DNA of 64,000 nt from Anthoceros angustus (taxonomy: Eukaryota; Plantae; Anthocerotophyta): assembly GCA_010909165.1 (NCBI GenBank), contig MU008191.1:62001-126000 (forward strand), in the 5' to 3' direction. The notes beneath the pieces are model-generated. The model saw nothing but the letters and a program-made list of their open reading frames with translations. It was not told the DNA's origin and did no database searches. The position numbers and the translations under genes are program-made. This document shows, one piece after another, positions 1 to 9,781 of this stretch (positions are counted from its first letter, which is position 1; each line of letters begins with the position of its first letter).

Positions 1-2100
1 CCGACCACCTCTTGGCGTGGTTTCACTGCCCCGGTCCTTGAGTCTCACCCACATTGGGTTGCCTGCAGTAGATGTCGAGAATACCTTTAAATACCTTTAA
101 CAATGTGTCTAGGGCCGTCATTTCTCGTAACTCGGGGGCGGTGGGCACCTAGCGGGCTCATTCCATTTGTTCGCTCCTTCTACGGTTCTCCGCCTAATCT
201 CTACTATCAACATGGTCAAGCTACGATTCGTTCTCCACTCAAAGGCGGGCTTAAAGCAAGAGGATCCATTGGGCGCCCTCTTTGTCATGGCGCATTCATG
301 TCCTCCTGACCTCTGCAGGGCCGGGAGTGCCTTTTCCCATCCGTGGCTGACGATACCCATATCCTTGGGGCAGGGGACAAGGTGAGGGATGCCTTTGATC
401 TCTTCTCCTTGGAGCTCTCCCATACAGGATTAAGGGTCAAGATCGATAACTGTTGGGTGTGGTCCGCTTCCGGCAATACACCCCCTCTTCACTATCCAGG
501 GGGGGGATATTATTTCTCCGCAAGGGCTTCGGGTCCTCGGAGTTCCGCTGGGTCCCCCAGACTTTATTCAAGGGTTTGTGGACGTGGCTCATATTGGGGA
601 CCTTTCATAAATTGGGGACCCTTGGGTTGCGTTTGGTATTTTGTCTTCCTGCTTCGCACGTCGACCGGGTTATCTTACCAGGATGATTGCTCCATCCCCG
701 GCCTTTTTATCAAAGTTTGAGACATTTTGATAGGCAAGTTATGCAGGCGCTTGGGGACATCATAGGCCCCGACAGCTTCGAATGCGCCGACGGTGACTTG
801 GCGCGGAAACATGCATCATTGCCAGTAGCCTTTGAAGGCATTGCCTTGCTGGCCATGGAGGCCTCGGCTCCGGCAGCTTTCCTTGGGAGTTGGACCCTCT
901 CTGCCCCAATTTTGGCCTCTCGGTTCTTAATGCAAGACTCCCCCCTTCTGGAAGCCTTCGTCTCGAGTGTTGAGGAGGGGGCCTTCCCCTTGCAGGTCTC
1001 TTCGAGGCGGGCTAGGGACTCCCTTTTTTCAGAGGCTAGGGAAGCCATGCCTCCTTTTTCCTCTTTCTTTAGGGAAGGGATGCGTGGCCTTCAAGCCTCT
1101 TTCCAGGAGGTGCAATATTTACAGGCGCAAAGAGCCCTCCTTTTGGACTCCTCCATTCCCACCTGCATTTTTGTTCGGGGAAGGGGGCAGGCTCCTGGCT
1201 TCTGGCTCGACCTTGTATTCAGGCGTTTCGAATCGCACCAGCATCCTTTTCGACCGCGATGAGGGTCCGCCTCGGTTTGGCTCATCCTCTGGCCTCTTCT
1301 CTTTCCACGTGAGTTGTGGAGCTACCATCGACGACTCCGGGTCCCATTTGGTGCGTTGTCCCGTAGGGTGGCAACGTATTGCTACGCATGACGCCGTTCG
1401 CGACGTCATGTTTTCGATAACTAAGGAGAGAGGATTTCTTCCGTATAGGGAACGCCCATATATATTGCGTAATGGCGTGTCACTCAGAGCGAACCTTTTT
1501 TATACTAGGGGGGAGCAAATTTACATCGCTGATGTGGTTGTCACGGATCCCACGAGGAACTCTATATGCGAGCACATCATCATCAAGCCCCTGGGCTGGG
1601 CGGCAGAAGGATGGGCAACCAACAAGACTCACAAGTATTCTCCCATGCAAGACGGCCATGTTTTCATCCCCCTTGCCCTCGAGACTCATGGGGCTATGGA
1701 CAAGGACTTCTCTAGGTTAATTAAGGAGTGTGCAAAAGCCTATCACAGCCACAGGAATTGGAGGGGCCTCCCCCTTTCCTCTGTGGTGGCTTTCTTTCGC
1801 TAGCGGGTTTCCATAGCTCTACATAAAGCGCTGGCTAGCGTTGTTTATAGTACGGCTACATGTGCAGGCCTACCGACTTCTTCAACACCGATGGTAGGTA
1901 GGCCCTTCATCATCCCTGATCACGATATCATTGGTGCTGTAGGTAGATACGGGAAAGGCATTCGAGGTGACTAGGATTTCCCCTTTTACCATTAGCCCTT
2001 TTTGGGTTGTTCCTTCTCGGACTTCAGGGGTAGATGGGATTTCCCATCTCGTCTATTAATAACGTCTACTCTATTTCTTATACATATGATATATTATAAA
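1..2100 (+). mobile_element. Decayed CRE-clade non-LTR retrotransposon (RT + CCHC + restriction-like endonuclease); 5' part lies outside the window
   Basis: Frameshifted RT motifs: DVENTFN (~67), LKQEDPLGALF (GxxQGDPLxPxLF-like), ADDTHILG (YADD-like), GLRVK, and the thumb motif HASLPVAFEGIAL..AFLGSW. These are followed by CGATIDDSGSHLVRC (CCHC), RIATHDAVRD, IADVVVTDP, K..KY and FIPLALETHG, typical of RLE-type elements. The frame continues past the TAG at 1801-1803 (R*RVSIALHKALA) to a TAG at 1972-1974. The 3' end position is approximate. Confidence 0.8.
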
Positions 2101-2127
2101 TATTAAATAATTATATATATTATGAAT

Positions 2128-2436
2128 AAAATATGATGTAAAATATGTTGTAATGGTGTAATATGATGTACATGATGTAAAATATGTTGTAAGAATATTG
2201 TAAAATACATTGTATCATATGTTGTATCATATATTGAACTGTATGTTGTAAAATATGTTGTAAAATATGTTGTAAAATATGTTGTAAAGTATGTTGTAAA
2301 ATATGTTGTAAAATATGTTGTAACATATGTTATAAAATATGTTGTAAAATATGTTATAAAATATGTTATAAAATATTTTGTAAAATATGTTGTAAAATAT
2401 GTTATAAAATATGTTGTAAAATATGTTATAAAAATA
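2128..2436. repeat. AT-rich 12-bp minisatellite (AAAATATGTTGT / AAAATATGTTAT)n
   Basis: Directly visible tandem array; purest from ~2241 to 2436 and degenerate towards 2128. Confidence 0.95.
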
Positions 2437-2952
2437 CCGAGTTTTCTTGGAGTGGAACTACGGCTTTGTGAAAGGTACTTCATACCATAGGTGCTCTTGT
2501 ATGGAATACTGATCTCGTCACTAAGCCGGGTGTGTGTGACAAGTTTTCTTCCGTTTTCTGATGCTGCGCATCTTCAAGATTCCTTCATCATCATCATGGA
2601 CGGCCGTAGGCGCTACAAAGTTTTTGTCTGCAACTTGCCCCTCGTGTTCGATCTAAATCATCTACTTTTCTTTCTGCCATTTAGGGCTTTTGTCAAACAC
2701 ACATACTCATGTTTAGGGTTTTCCTGCACCACACATGGACATATATATCGGATCGGACATGTTTCGGCCCCGGTGGAAGCCCCTAAATGTGGACATGTTA
2801 GTCGTTCAAGACTGCGTTTCCCTTTCACCGTCGCGCTGACAATGTGGATTTCTTTGTTCTGTCCTTTTGAGACATGAGCCCAGTGGTGGCTTTCTTCTTG
2901 TCGAATGTAAAGTCTGCATCGGTGAAGATGTTGTGGGCAATCGCGCGAGGCC

Positions 2953-3400
2953 TGTATGGCTGCCAAATGCAATCACGCGAGCCCTGGATGGCTGCGAAAG
3001 CTAGGCGCGCGAGGCGTAGATGGTACCTATAGCCTATTAGCCACAAAGGCTGTATGGGCATGAAAGCGATGGCGGCTGTATGGCTGCGAAGCGATGGCGG
3101 CATGTATGGCTGCGATGGCGGCCTTTGTATGGCTGCGAAGGTAGTGGTGCTGTATGGTGCGATGGCGGCATGTATGGCTGCAGCGATGGTGGCTTTTGTA
3201 TGGCTGCGAAAGCGATGGCGGCTTTTGTATGGCTGCGAAAAGGTAGTGGTGGCTTTTGTATGGCTGCGATGGCGGCCTTTGTATGGCTGCAGCGATGGTA
3301 ACTGTATAGGCAGCGATGGCGCTTTGTATGGCTGCGAAAGCGATGGTAACTGTATAGGCTGCGAAAGCGATGGCGGCATGTATGGCTGCGAAAGCGATGG
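2953..3400. repeat. ~27-30-bp minisatellite (GTATGGCTGCGAAAGCGATGGCGGCT..)n inside the TIR element, array 1
   Basis: Tandem units visible; they account for the repetitive spurious ORFs in this interval. Confidence 0.9.
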
Positions 3401-3981
3401 CGCTCGGCGGATGGCTCGTCACGCTATTTGCCATAAAGGCTTGGTGACGGTTTTACGGCAAACCGACGGGCAAATGGGGTCATGCGAATGGATGTGCGAA
3501 GGCCCATGTTCGACCTAAAAAGAAAACCTTGTGTCACAACCTAAAAAGAATCTTCACACACACCACGAGCTTAGTGACGAGATCGGGACACGAGGGCCAG
3601 CGCCAACGGCCTATGTCGTCAAGTGTGTGACATCGAGTTTTCCCGTGTCACGGCGAAAACTCTTTATCACCATCGAAAAAAACCCTAAAGGGCTTGGTAG
3701 CGAGATCGGGACACGAGGACAGCGCCAACGGCCTATGTCGTCAAGTGTGTGACATCGAGTTTTCCGCACCACATGGACATATATATCGGATCGGACATGT
3801 TTCGCCCGTGGAAGCCCTAAATGTGGACATGTTAATCGTTCAAGATCAAGGCTTTTCCCTTTCACCGACAATGTGGATTTCTTTGTTACATCCTTTTGAG
3901 ACATGAGCCCAGTGGTGGCTTTCTTCTTGTCGAATGTAAAGTCTGCATCGGTGAAGATGTTGTGGGCAATCGCGCGAGGCC

Positions 3982-4340
3982 TGTATGGCTGCCAAATGCA
4001 ATCACGCGAGCCCTGGATGGCTGCGAAAGCGATGGCGGCTGTATGGCGATGGTACCTATAGCCTATTAGCCACAAAGGCTGTATGGCTGCGAAAGCGATG
4101 GCGGCTTTTGTATGGCTGCGAAGCGATGGTGGCTGTATGGCTGCGAAAGCGATGGCGGCTGTATGGCTGCGAAGGTAGTGGTGGCTTTTGTATGGCTGCG
4201 AAGCGATGGCGGCTGTATGGCTGCGAAAGCGATGGTGCTTTGTATGGCTGCGAAAGCGATGGCGGCTTTTGTATGGCTGCGAAGCGATGGCGCTCGGCGG
4301 ATGGCTGCAGCGATGGCGGCATGTATGGTCGCGAAAGCGA
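3982..4340. repeat. Same minisatellite, array 2, part of a ~1-kb internal duplication (about 2722-3765 repeated at 3765-4680)
   Basis: Flanks such as CACCACATGGACATATATATCGGATCGG and GAGACATGAGCCCAGTGGTGG occur twice about 1.04 kb apart; the second copy has small deletions. Confidence 0.85.
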
Positions 4341-5387
4341 TGGCGCTCGGCGCGGATGGCTCGTCCACGCTATTTGCCATAAAGGCTTGGTGACGGTTTC
4401 CTTACGGCAAACTGACGGGCAAATGGGGTCATGCGAATGGATGTGCGAAGGCCCATGTTCTGACAGCCCTAAAAAAGAAAACCTTGTGTGTCACAACCTA
4501 AAAAGAATCTTCACACACACACCACAGGCTTAGTGACGAGATCGGGACACGAGGGACAGGCGCCAACGGCCTATGTCGTCAAGTGTGTGACATCAGAAGT
4601 TTTCCCGCCGTATGCGGCGGGAAAACTTCTTTTGTCACCATCGAAAAAAACCCTAAAGGGCTTGGTGACGAGATCGGTATTCCATACTCTTGCAGGCTAT
4701 GAGAATCTATATTATCTTTCCTCGCTAGTTATGTTTCTTATACCAAAACATAAAGTCTACAAATCTGCAATGCAAGGAATCAAAACCATTGCTAAAGATT
4801 TCTCCTCTTATTATTGATGTATTTTTGAAGTAAAATATTAAAAAAAATCTGCAAGGCAAGGACAAGCTGACCTTCGGGGACCCCATAAATGGAGAGAAGA
4901 AACATGTACAACCTCACCTTCAAAACACCAAAAATGCGTGCTTCAAAAAACGATATGTCCCTGTGAGCAACTTCCAGTTTGTCTGAGAGACTGGAAGCGG
5001 CGAAGCCAAACGCGGCTGGGGAATCGGGACGACCTCCTTCAACACCGGCGATGCATACGGACCAGGGAGCACAGCTGCGTCTGCACGTCGACGCCCTACC
5101 AAACCGAGATGCAGTGGCCGCTGTCCGATGGAAAGCAAGGCGTTTGGGGCGTATCACTGGCAGTCGGAGTCCTTGCCGCTCGTCGAGACTTAGTTCAAGG
5201 GAGCATTAGCAAAAGGTGCATCCATCTCTCCACATCTGTTTCCTTGGCTGACGTCCTTGATACTTGACATCGTCCCCTCCCTTCCTCTCACGTATCCTGG
5301 ACCCCCAAAATTTTCCCACAGGAAGTCGCGACGAGCTTGGGAGACGGGGCCCGGGAGATCGATGAATCGGAGAAAGAGAAAGGCGAG

Positions 5388-7482
5388 ATGTTGCCCCTCC
5401 TGCTTCCCCTGCTGGTCGTGATATTGAGCTTCCGTACGAGTGCGCAGAATGTGGACTTCTCCTTCAGCAACTTCACCGGAGCAGACATCAAGCCGAGCGG
5501 CAACTGCACGGTGCTGCAGGGAGGAGTTTTGCAGCTCATTGTGAATTCCAGCGATCCGCATCGGGATGCAGGCCAGAAGCTCGTGTCCAGAGTAGTGTAT
5601 GCCGACCCGGTGCGGTTCTACGATGCGGGGACCGGTGCGGAGGCTTCCTTCAACGTCTCCTTCACTTTCAGGATGAAGGCGGTGCCGGGGAAAAACATGG
5701 AAGACGGGATGAGCTTCATCATCGCTCCCAGCTACGGGGCGCCCCTGGTCGACCGCGGCGGTGACCATCTGGGTCTCTACGAACCCGCATATCCTGACGG
5801 GGATCCCAGATTTAAGTCTTGGCCGTGGAGTTCGACACGTTTTCCAACAAAGGCATCGATCCCGTGAACGATTCCAACCACGTCGGGCCGGACGTCAACA
5901 GCGTTAACTCTGTCAAGACCCAGACCCTGTCTGTCTATGGCATTGAGCTCGACAGTTCTGCTCCCGACGCTCCTCCCGACCCTCCCATCGTGTCGGTTTG
6001 GATCGACTACTCTGCGGACATGCAGGAGCTGGTGGTGTACATGGCCGTGGGTAGGTCCGTACACAAATCTGAGGCTCCTGCTGTGCTTTCTTACAGCGGC
6101 CTGAACGTGTCCAAGATCGTTAAAGGCCATTCCTATGTGGGTTTCACGGCTAGCACAGGCGTCTACGTCCAGAACAACTACGTCTACGAGTGGAGCTTCT
6201 CCACCCACGGCCTGCCACAACCTCCCCGTAGGCCTGCCCCTCAGAGCAGCAAAGGCAGGACTGGCTTGATTGCAGGGGCTGCAACAGGAGCAACGCTTCT
6301 GGTAGTTGCTCTCGGCTGCGGCCTTTGCTGGTTCTTGTGTTGCAGATCTGGTGGGTCTTCCGAGCACAGCCGGGTTCTCATGATGGGGGACAAGGCACCG
6401 ACGTCATCATCCACATGGACAGGAAGGATCTCCGATCCGTCAGGCACTTTTTGTTCCTTGGAGGGTTTGGATGTGAGCTTCGGGATTCGCACCTTCACCT
6501 ACCAGGAGCTCCAGAGGGCAACTCTAGGGTTCCGCCAGGCACTGATACTGGGGAAAGGAGGGTTCGGGACTGTGTACCTTGGGGTGATGAGGGTTGGAGA
6601 TTCAGAGGTGCAGTTGGCCATCAAGAGGATCGCGCATGATTCTAGGCAGGGAGAGAGGGAGTTCCGAGCGGAGCTGAGGAGCTTAGGGCAGCTGCGGCAC
6701 AGGAACCTGGTGCATCTCCACGGCTGATGCCAGGAGGGGAACGAGCTCCTGCTGGTGTATGAGTATATGTCAAACCTGAGCCTGGATCGGCACCTCTACT
6801 ACAACGAGCTGGTTCTGTCCTGGACGGATAGGTTTCGTATTGTCCGAGGGATTGCAGCGGCTTTGGTTCACATCCACACGGAGTGGAAGAAATGCATACT
6901 GCACAGGGACATCAAGCCCCAGCAACGTGATGCTGGACTCGGATATGGAAGGCCGGTTGGGAGACTTTGGCTTGGCCCGCCTGGTGGAGGAAACTATCAC
7001 GACGGGTCTCACTCTGACAATGCCTGGCTGGGACAAAGGGCTACATGGCTCCGGAGCTTGCACTGGACGGGAAGGCCACGGCCAAGTCGGATGTTTTCAG
7101 CTTTGGGGTTTTGTTGCTGGAGGTGGCATGCCGCAGGAGACCGCAGATTCCCACCCTTGAAATTCAGCTGCTGGAGTGGGTGTGGCAGTTGCAAGAAGCT
7201 GGCACCCTCTTGAATGCGGCGGATCCAGCTCTGGACGGCAAGTTCGAGGCTGCGCAGCTCACCTGTGTGCTGCATGTCGGATTGATGTGCACCCACCCGG
7301 ATCCCAGCTTGAGGCCTTCCACTAGGCGCGTGCAACAGTTCTTGGACGGAGATGCTGACCTACCTCCGCTCCCCAGGTCGAGACCAGTTGCGGTGTACGG
7401 CAGCAGCTTCGATCTCCAAGGCCAACACACTCCCCAGGAATCGATGCTATCATTCCCAGAGATGCCCTGGTTGGAGAGCTGA
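5388..7482 (+). pseudogene. Intronless L-type (legume) lectin receptor-like kinase with 3 frameshifts and 1 in-frame stop; pseudogene or assembly errors
   Basis: Signal peptide MLPLLLPLLVVILSF; lectin motifs LAVEFDT, NHVGPDVNS, YVGFTASTG, YVYEWSF; TM LIAGAATGATLLVVALGCGLCWFLC; kinase motifs GKGGFGTVY, AIKRI, HRNLV, HRDIKP, DFGL, GYMAPE. Lesions at ~5815, TGA 6725-6727 (HG*C in place of HGWC), ~6920 and ~7024. Confidence 0.88.
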
Positions 7483-7898
7483 GCGCTCATGCCCCACGAG
7501 GTCTGTCAGACACAAAGGTATGGGGCATCAGACTCACATGGCATCACACATAAACATTGCGGTCCCATGTCATATGTAGGTACATAGCATGTACCTATGT
7601 ACTCACATCCTGTACAGGCAGAGGCGAAATGGTGGGCGACCTCAGAGAAGTCATTTACCATACATAGCCTTCCTTTGTGGCTTCCCTTTCTGAGCTCGCC
7701 AGCCCTACTTGTGCTGCAACAGGTTTTTCTACAGTGGACGGATTCTAGCACCCGGGTCCCGAGTAGCAGATGACGGTGGACATTCAATGCTGAAGATGGA
7801 AAGAAAAAACCGACATGCACGGCACTCTAATCAATGTCTTTTGTTTTCTACCTACATGTACCCAAGCCAGGCCAGGTTGCGGGCGGACGATCCTCCTG

Positions 7899-9781
7899 TC
7901 AAGACAGGAGGACCCAGGATGAGAGGAGGGTAGACACAAGCATCAGCAGGGTCACGGAAGCCCTCAGGCCTGGGGCTGCACTCGGCAGCCGTGGAAAGTC
8001 GTCGGGCTCGGGTAACACGCAGTCGTCACCGTTGAAGTATATCCTGCGAGGAAATGCCCAACCTCCCTTGAATGTGAACGAGGAATCCTTCCTGAAAAGA
8101 ATCTCCGATTGCACATTCCCATCCGGGCCAGCACCCATCAGCATGTCATTGAAGTACTTGATGCCAAAGAAGACGCCAGTGTCATCTGCATGCCGCACAA
8201 GAGACCCATCACGGGCAGGTGATCAGAACCATGGCCCCATGGGCTCCAACCCAACACAAAGTGTGCTGTCAGAGAAGACGCGCATCCAAGCCCAGGTGGT
8301 GAATTTACTTGTGTCGCCATAAGGTGACAAGCCCCTGTACGCGAAACTGTAGGACTGCGTGAAGTTGTCGAAGTTGGGATGCTGCGCCACAACGTTCCAC
8401 TGCGAGTAGTTCTGGAACAGGTTTCTGTTGGTGACAGTGATCTTCACCCTCCAGTACTGTACGTAGTTGGCCTTCACATGCCAGTGGATTTTGACAGGAC
8501 ACATGTCGTTGGTGCAGTACAGCCCAGGACTGAGCGCCGCCCCAGCTCGTTGGGCACTTGTAATGGCATTCGGGTCCGTCCTGCAAGGGAAGGAGGACGG
8601 AAGGATGAGCAGAGGGCACACTGCCATGACAAGACCCGACCCTCAATGACATGCATGCATGAGGCACTGGAGAGGGTTGAGCATCATCTCACGGATCCAC
8701 GCAAGTTGGCTGGCCTGTGGGGCTGGTGATGTTCGCCTGGCAGGCACAGGAGCACGTCGGACAGGGCACGATGGTGCTATTGTAGAAGGCCGAAAAGGAA
8801 ACACAGCAGGTGGGTGCCCTCTGAGCCAGGGACTGTGTGTACACGCATGTCACATTCCATGTCACTGCACAAACATGAGAATGAAAAGTCAGAAACAAAA
8901 CGCAGGCAGGCGAGAACGCAGGCAGGCGGGAAGGCAGGGCAGCCGAGGACATGGAACTCACTTTGAGCTTGGGTGAACCTCCTGCTGTCTGGAGAGGGGA
9001 AGAGGGTGGGGCTACCCACAATGGCGGGGCCACAGGTGTAGCCGGGGCCAGGGGCGGCGAGGGAGAAGTTGCCGGGCAGCTTCACAGTGCTGTTGCTGTT
9101 GCCTGCCGTGCCCACAGTGACCTGAAAGGAAGCCACAGAATTGGCCGGGTCCTGTAAGTAGGAGGCGAGCACGCCGCCCCGGCAGCAATTGCCCATCTGG
9201 ATGTTGTAGGGCACGCCAGGCAGCAAGTCTACGATGTGCGGGTCTGGCCGGCAGGAGTGGGGGAGAGAACCGTCACGGAATCTGGAGCAGTCTCCCTGCA
9301 GCGTGGCCTGTGCTCCCATCATAGACCAGATCACCGCATCATCCGCCCATTCCCAACCCAACACCCACCCAGGAGCCTGAATGTGCCGGTACTGCTGCAG
9401 ATTGTACATGGTCACCACAGCCTGCGCCAAATCCCACACACCACCCCAGTCTCAGCTTGGAATCCACGCTTGCATTGCCATTGCCCCATACTGCGGCCAC
9501 ACCGTGCGTACCACGTAGCCTATCTCCGTCCACTGCATCACGTCCCACTTCACCGTGATGCTCCCGAACGGATCCAGGGCGTCGAACGCATCTGCAAACC
9601 CGGAAAGCTGGATCAGCATTCAGCACAACTTGGGCATTCCTTCTCGCACCCATTCCGGATCGTGACCCAACTCACCCGCAGCAGGCAGCATTGCGAGCAG
9701 CAGGATCGCAGCCTTCGCTGCTGCTGCTGCTGTCGCAGCAGCAGCGGCAGCAAGCCGTGCGCCGGACTTGGGTGCCGCCAT
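7899..9781 (-). CDS. COBL: COBRA-like GPI-anchored cell-wall protein, 6 exons (9781-9676, 9591-9512, 9421-8962, 8864-8693, 8580-8309, 8185-7899)
   Basis: DALDPFGSITVKWDVM, LGWEWADDAVIWSM.GAQ, HIVDLLPGVPYN..GNCCRGG, CCVSFSAFYNSTIVPCPTCSC, CPVKIHWHVK.NY..YWRVK, AFPRRIYFNGDDC and a hydrophobic GPI tail; consistent GT-AG phases. Confidence 0.95.

Larger units (their letters stand above)
2500..4686. mobile_element. Non-autonomous TIR DNA transposon with 28-bp TIRs (TATGG...CCATA) and 6-bp TSD CTCTTG; IS3EU-like signature
   Basis: Left end 2500-2527 reads TATGGAATACTGATCTCGTCACTAAGCC; the reverse complement of 4659-4686 reads TATGGAATACCGATCTCGTCACCAAGCC (26/28 identical). CTCTTG flanks both sides (2494-2499 and 4687-4692). 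No transposase is recognisable inside. The superfamily assignment is less certain than the element itself. Confidence 0.85.

Noticed and set aside
2103-2483. 126-aa ORF of TTYF/ITYF repeats
   Set aside because: It is the translation of a stop-free 12-bp minisatellite; no coding evidence.
2825-4533. Multiple Cys/Gly- or Pro/Ser-rich repetitive ORFs on both strands
   Set aside because: Products of the ~27-30-bp minisatellite in the TIR element; open in several frames at once and with no transposase motifs.
3569-4677. Repeat-spacer-like reiteration of GTGACGAGATCGG that could suggest a CRISPR array
   Set aside because: Eukaryotic context, irregular spacing, intervening sequences are themselves repeated, and no cas genes; explained as subterminal repeats.
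4792-5340. Short ORFs upstream of the lectin kinase
   Set aside because: No recognisable motifs or consistent splice structure.
6725-6727. In-frame TGA as possible selenocysteine, readthrough or U-to-C editing site
   Set aside because: The position is a conserved Trp (TGG) in the kinase, which a G>A change explains; U-to-C editing is organellar and would give Arg; the gene also has frameshifts.
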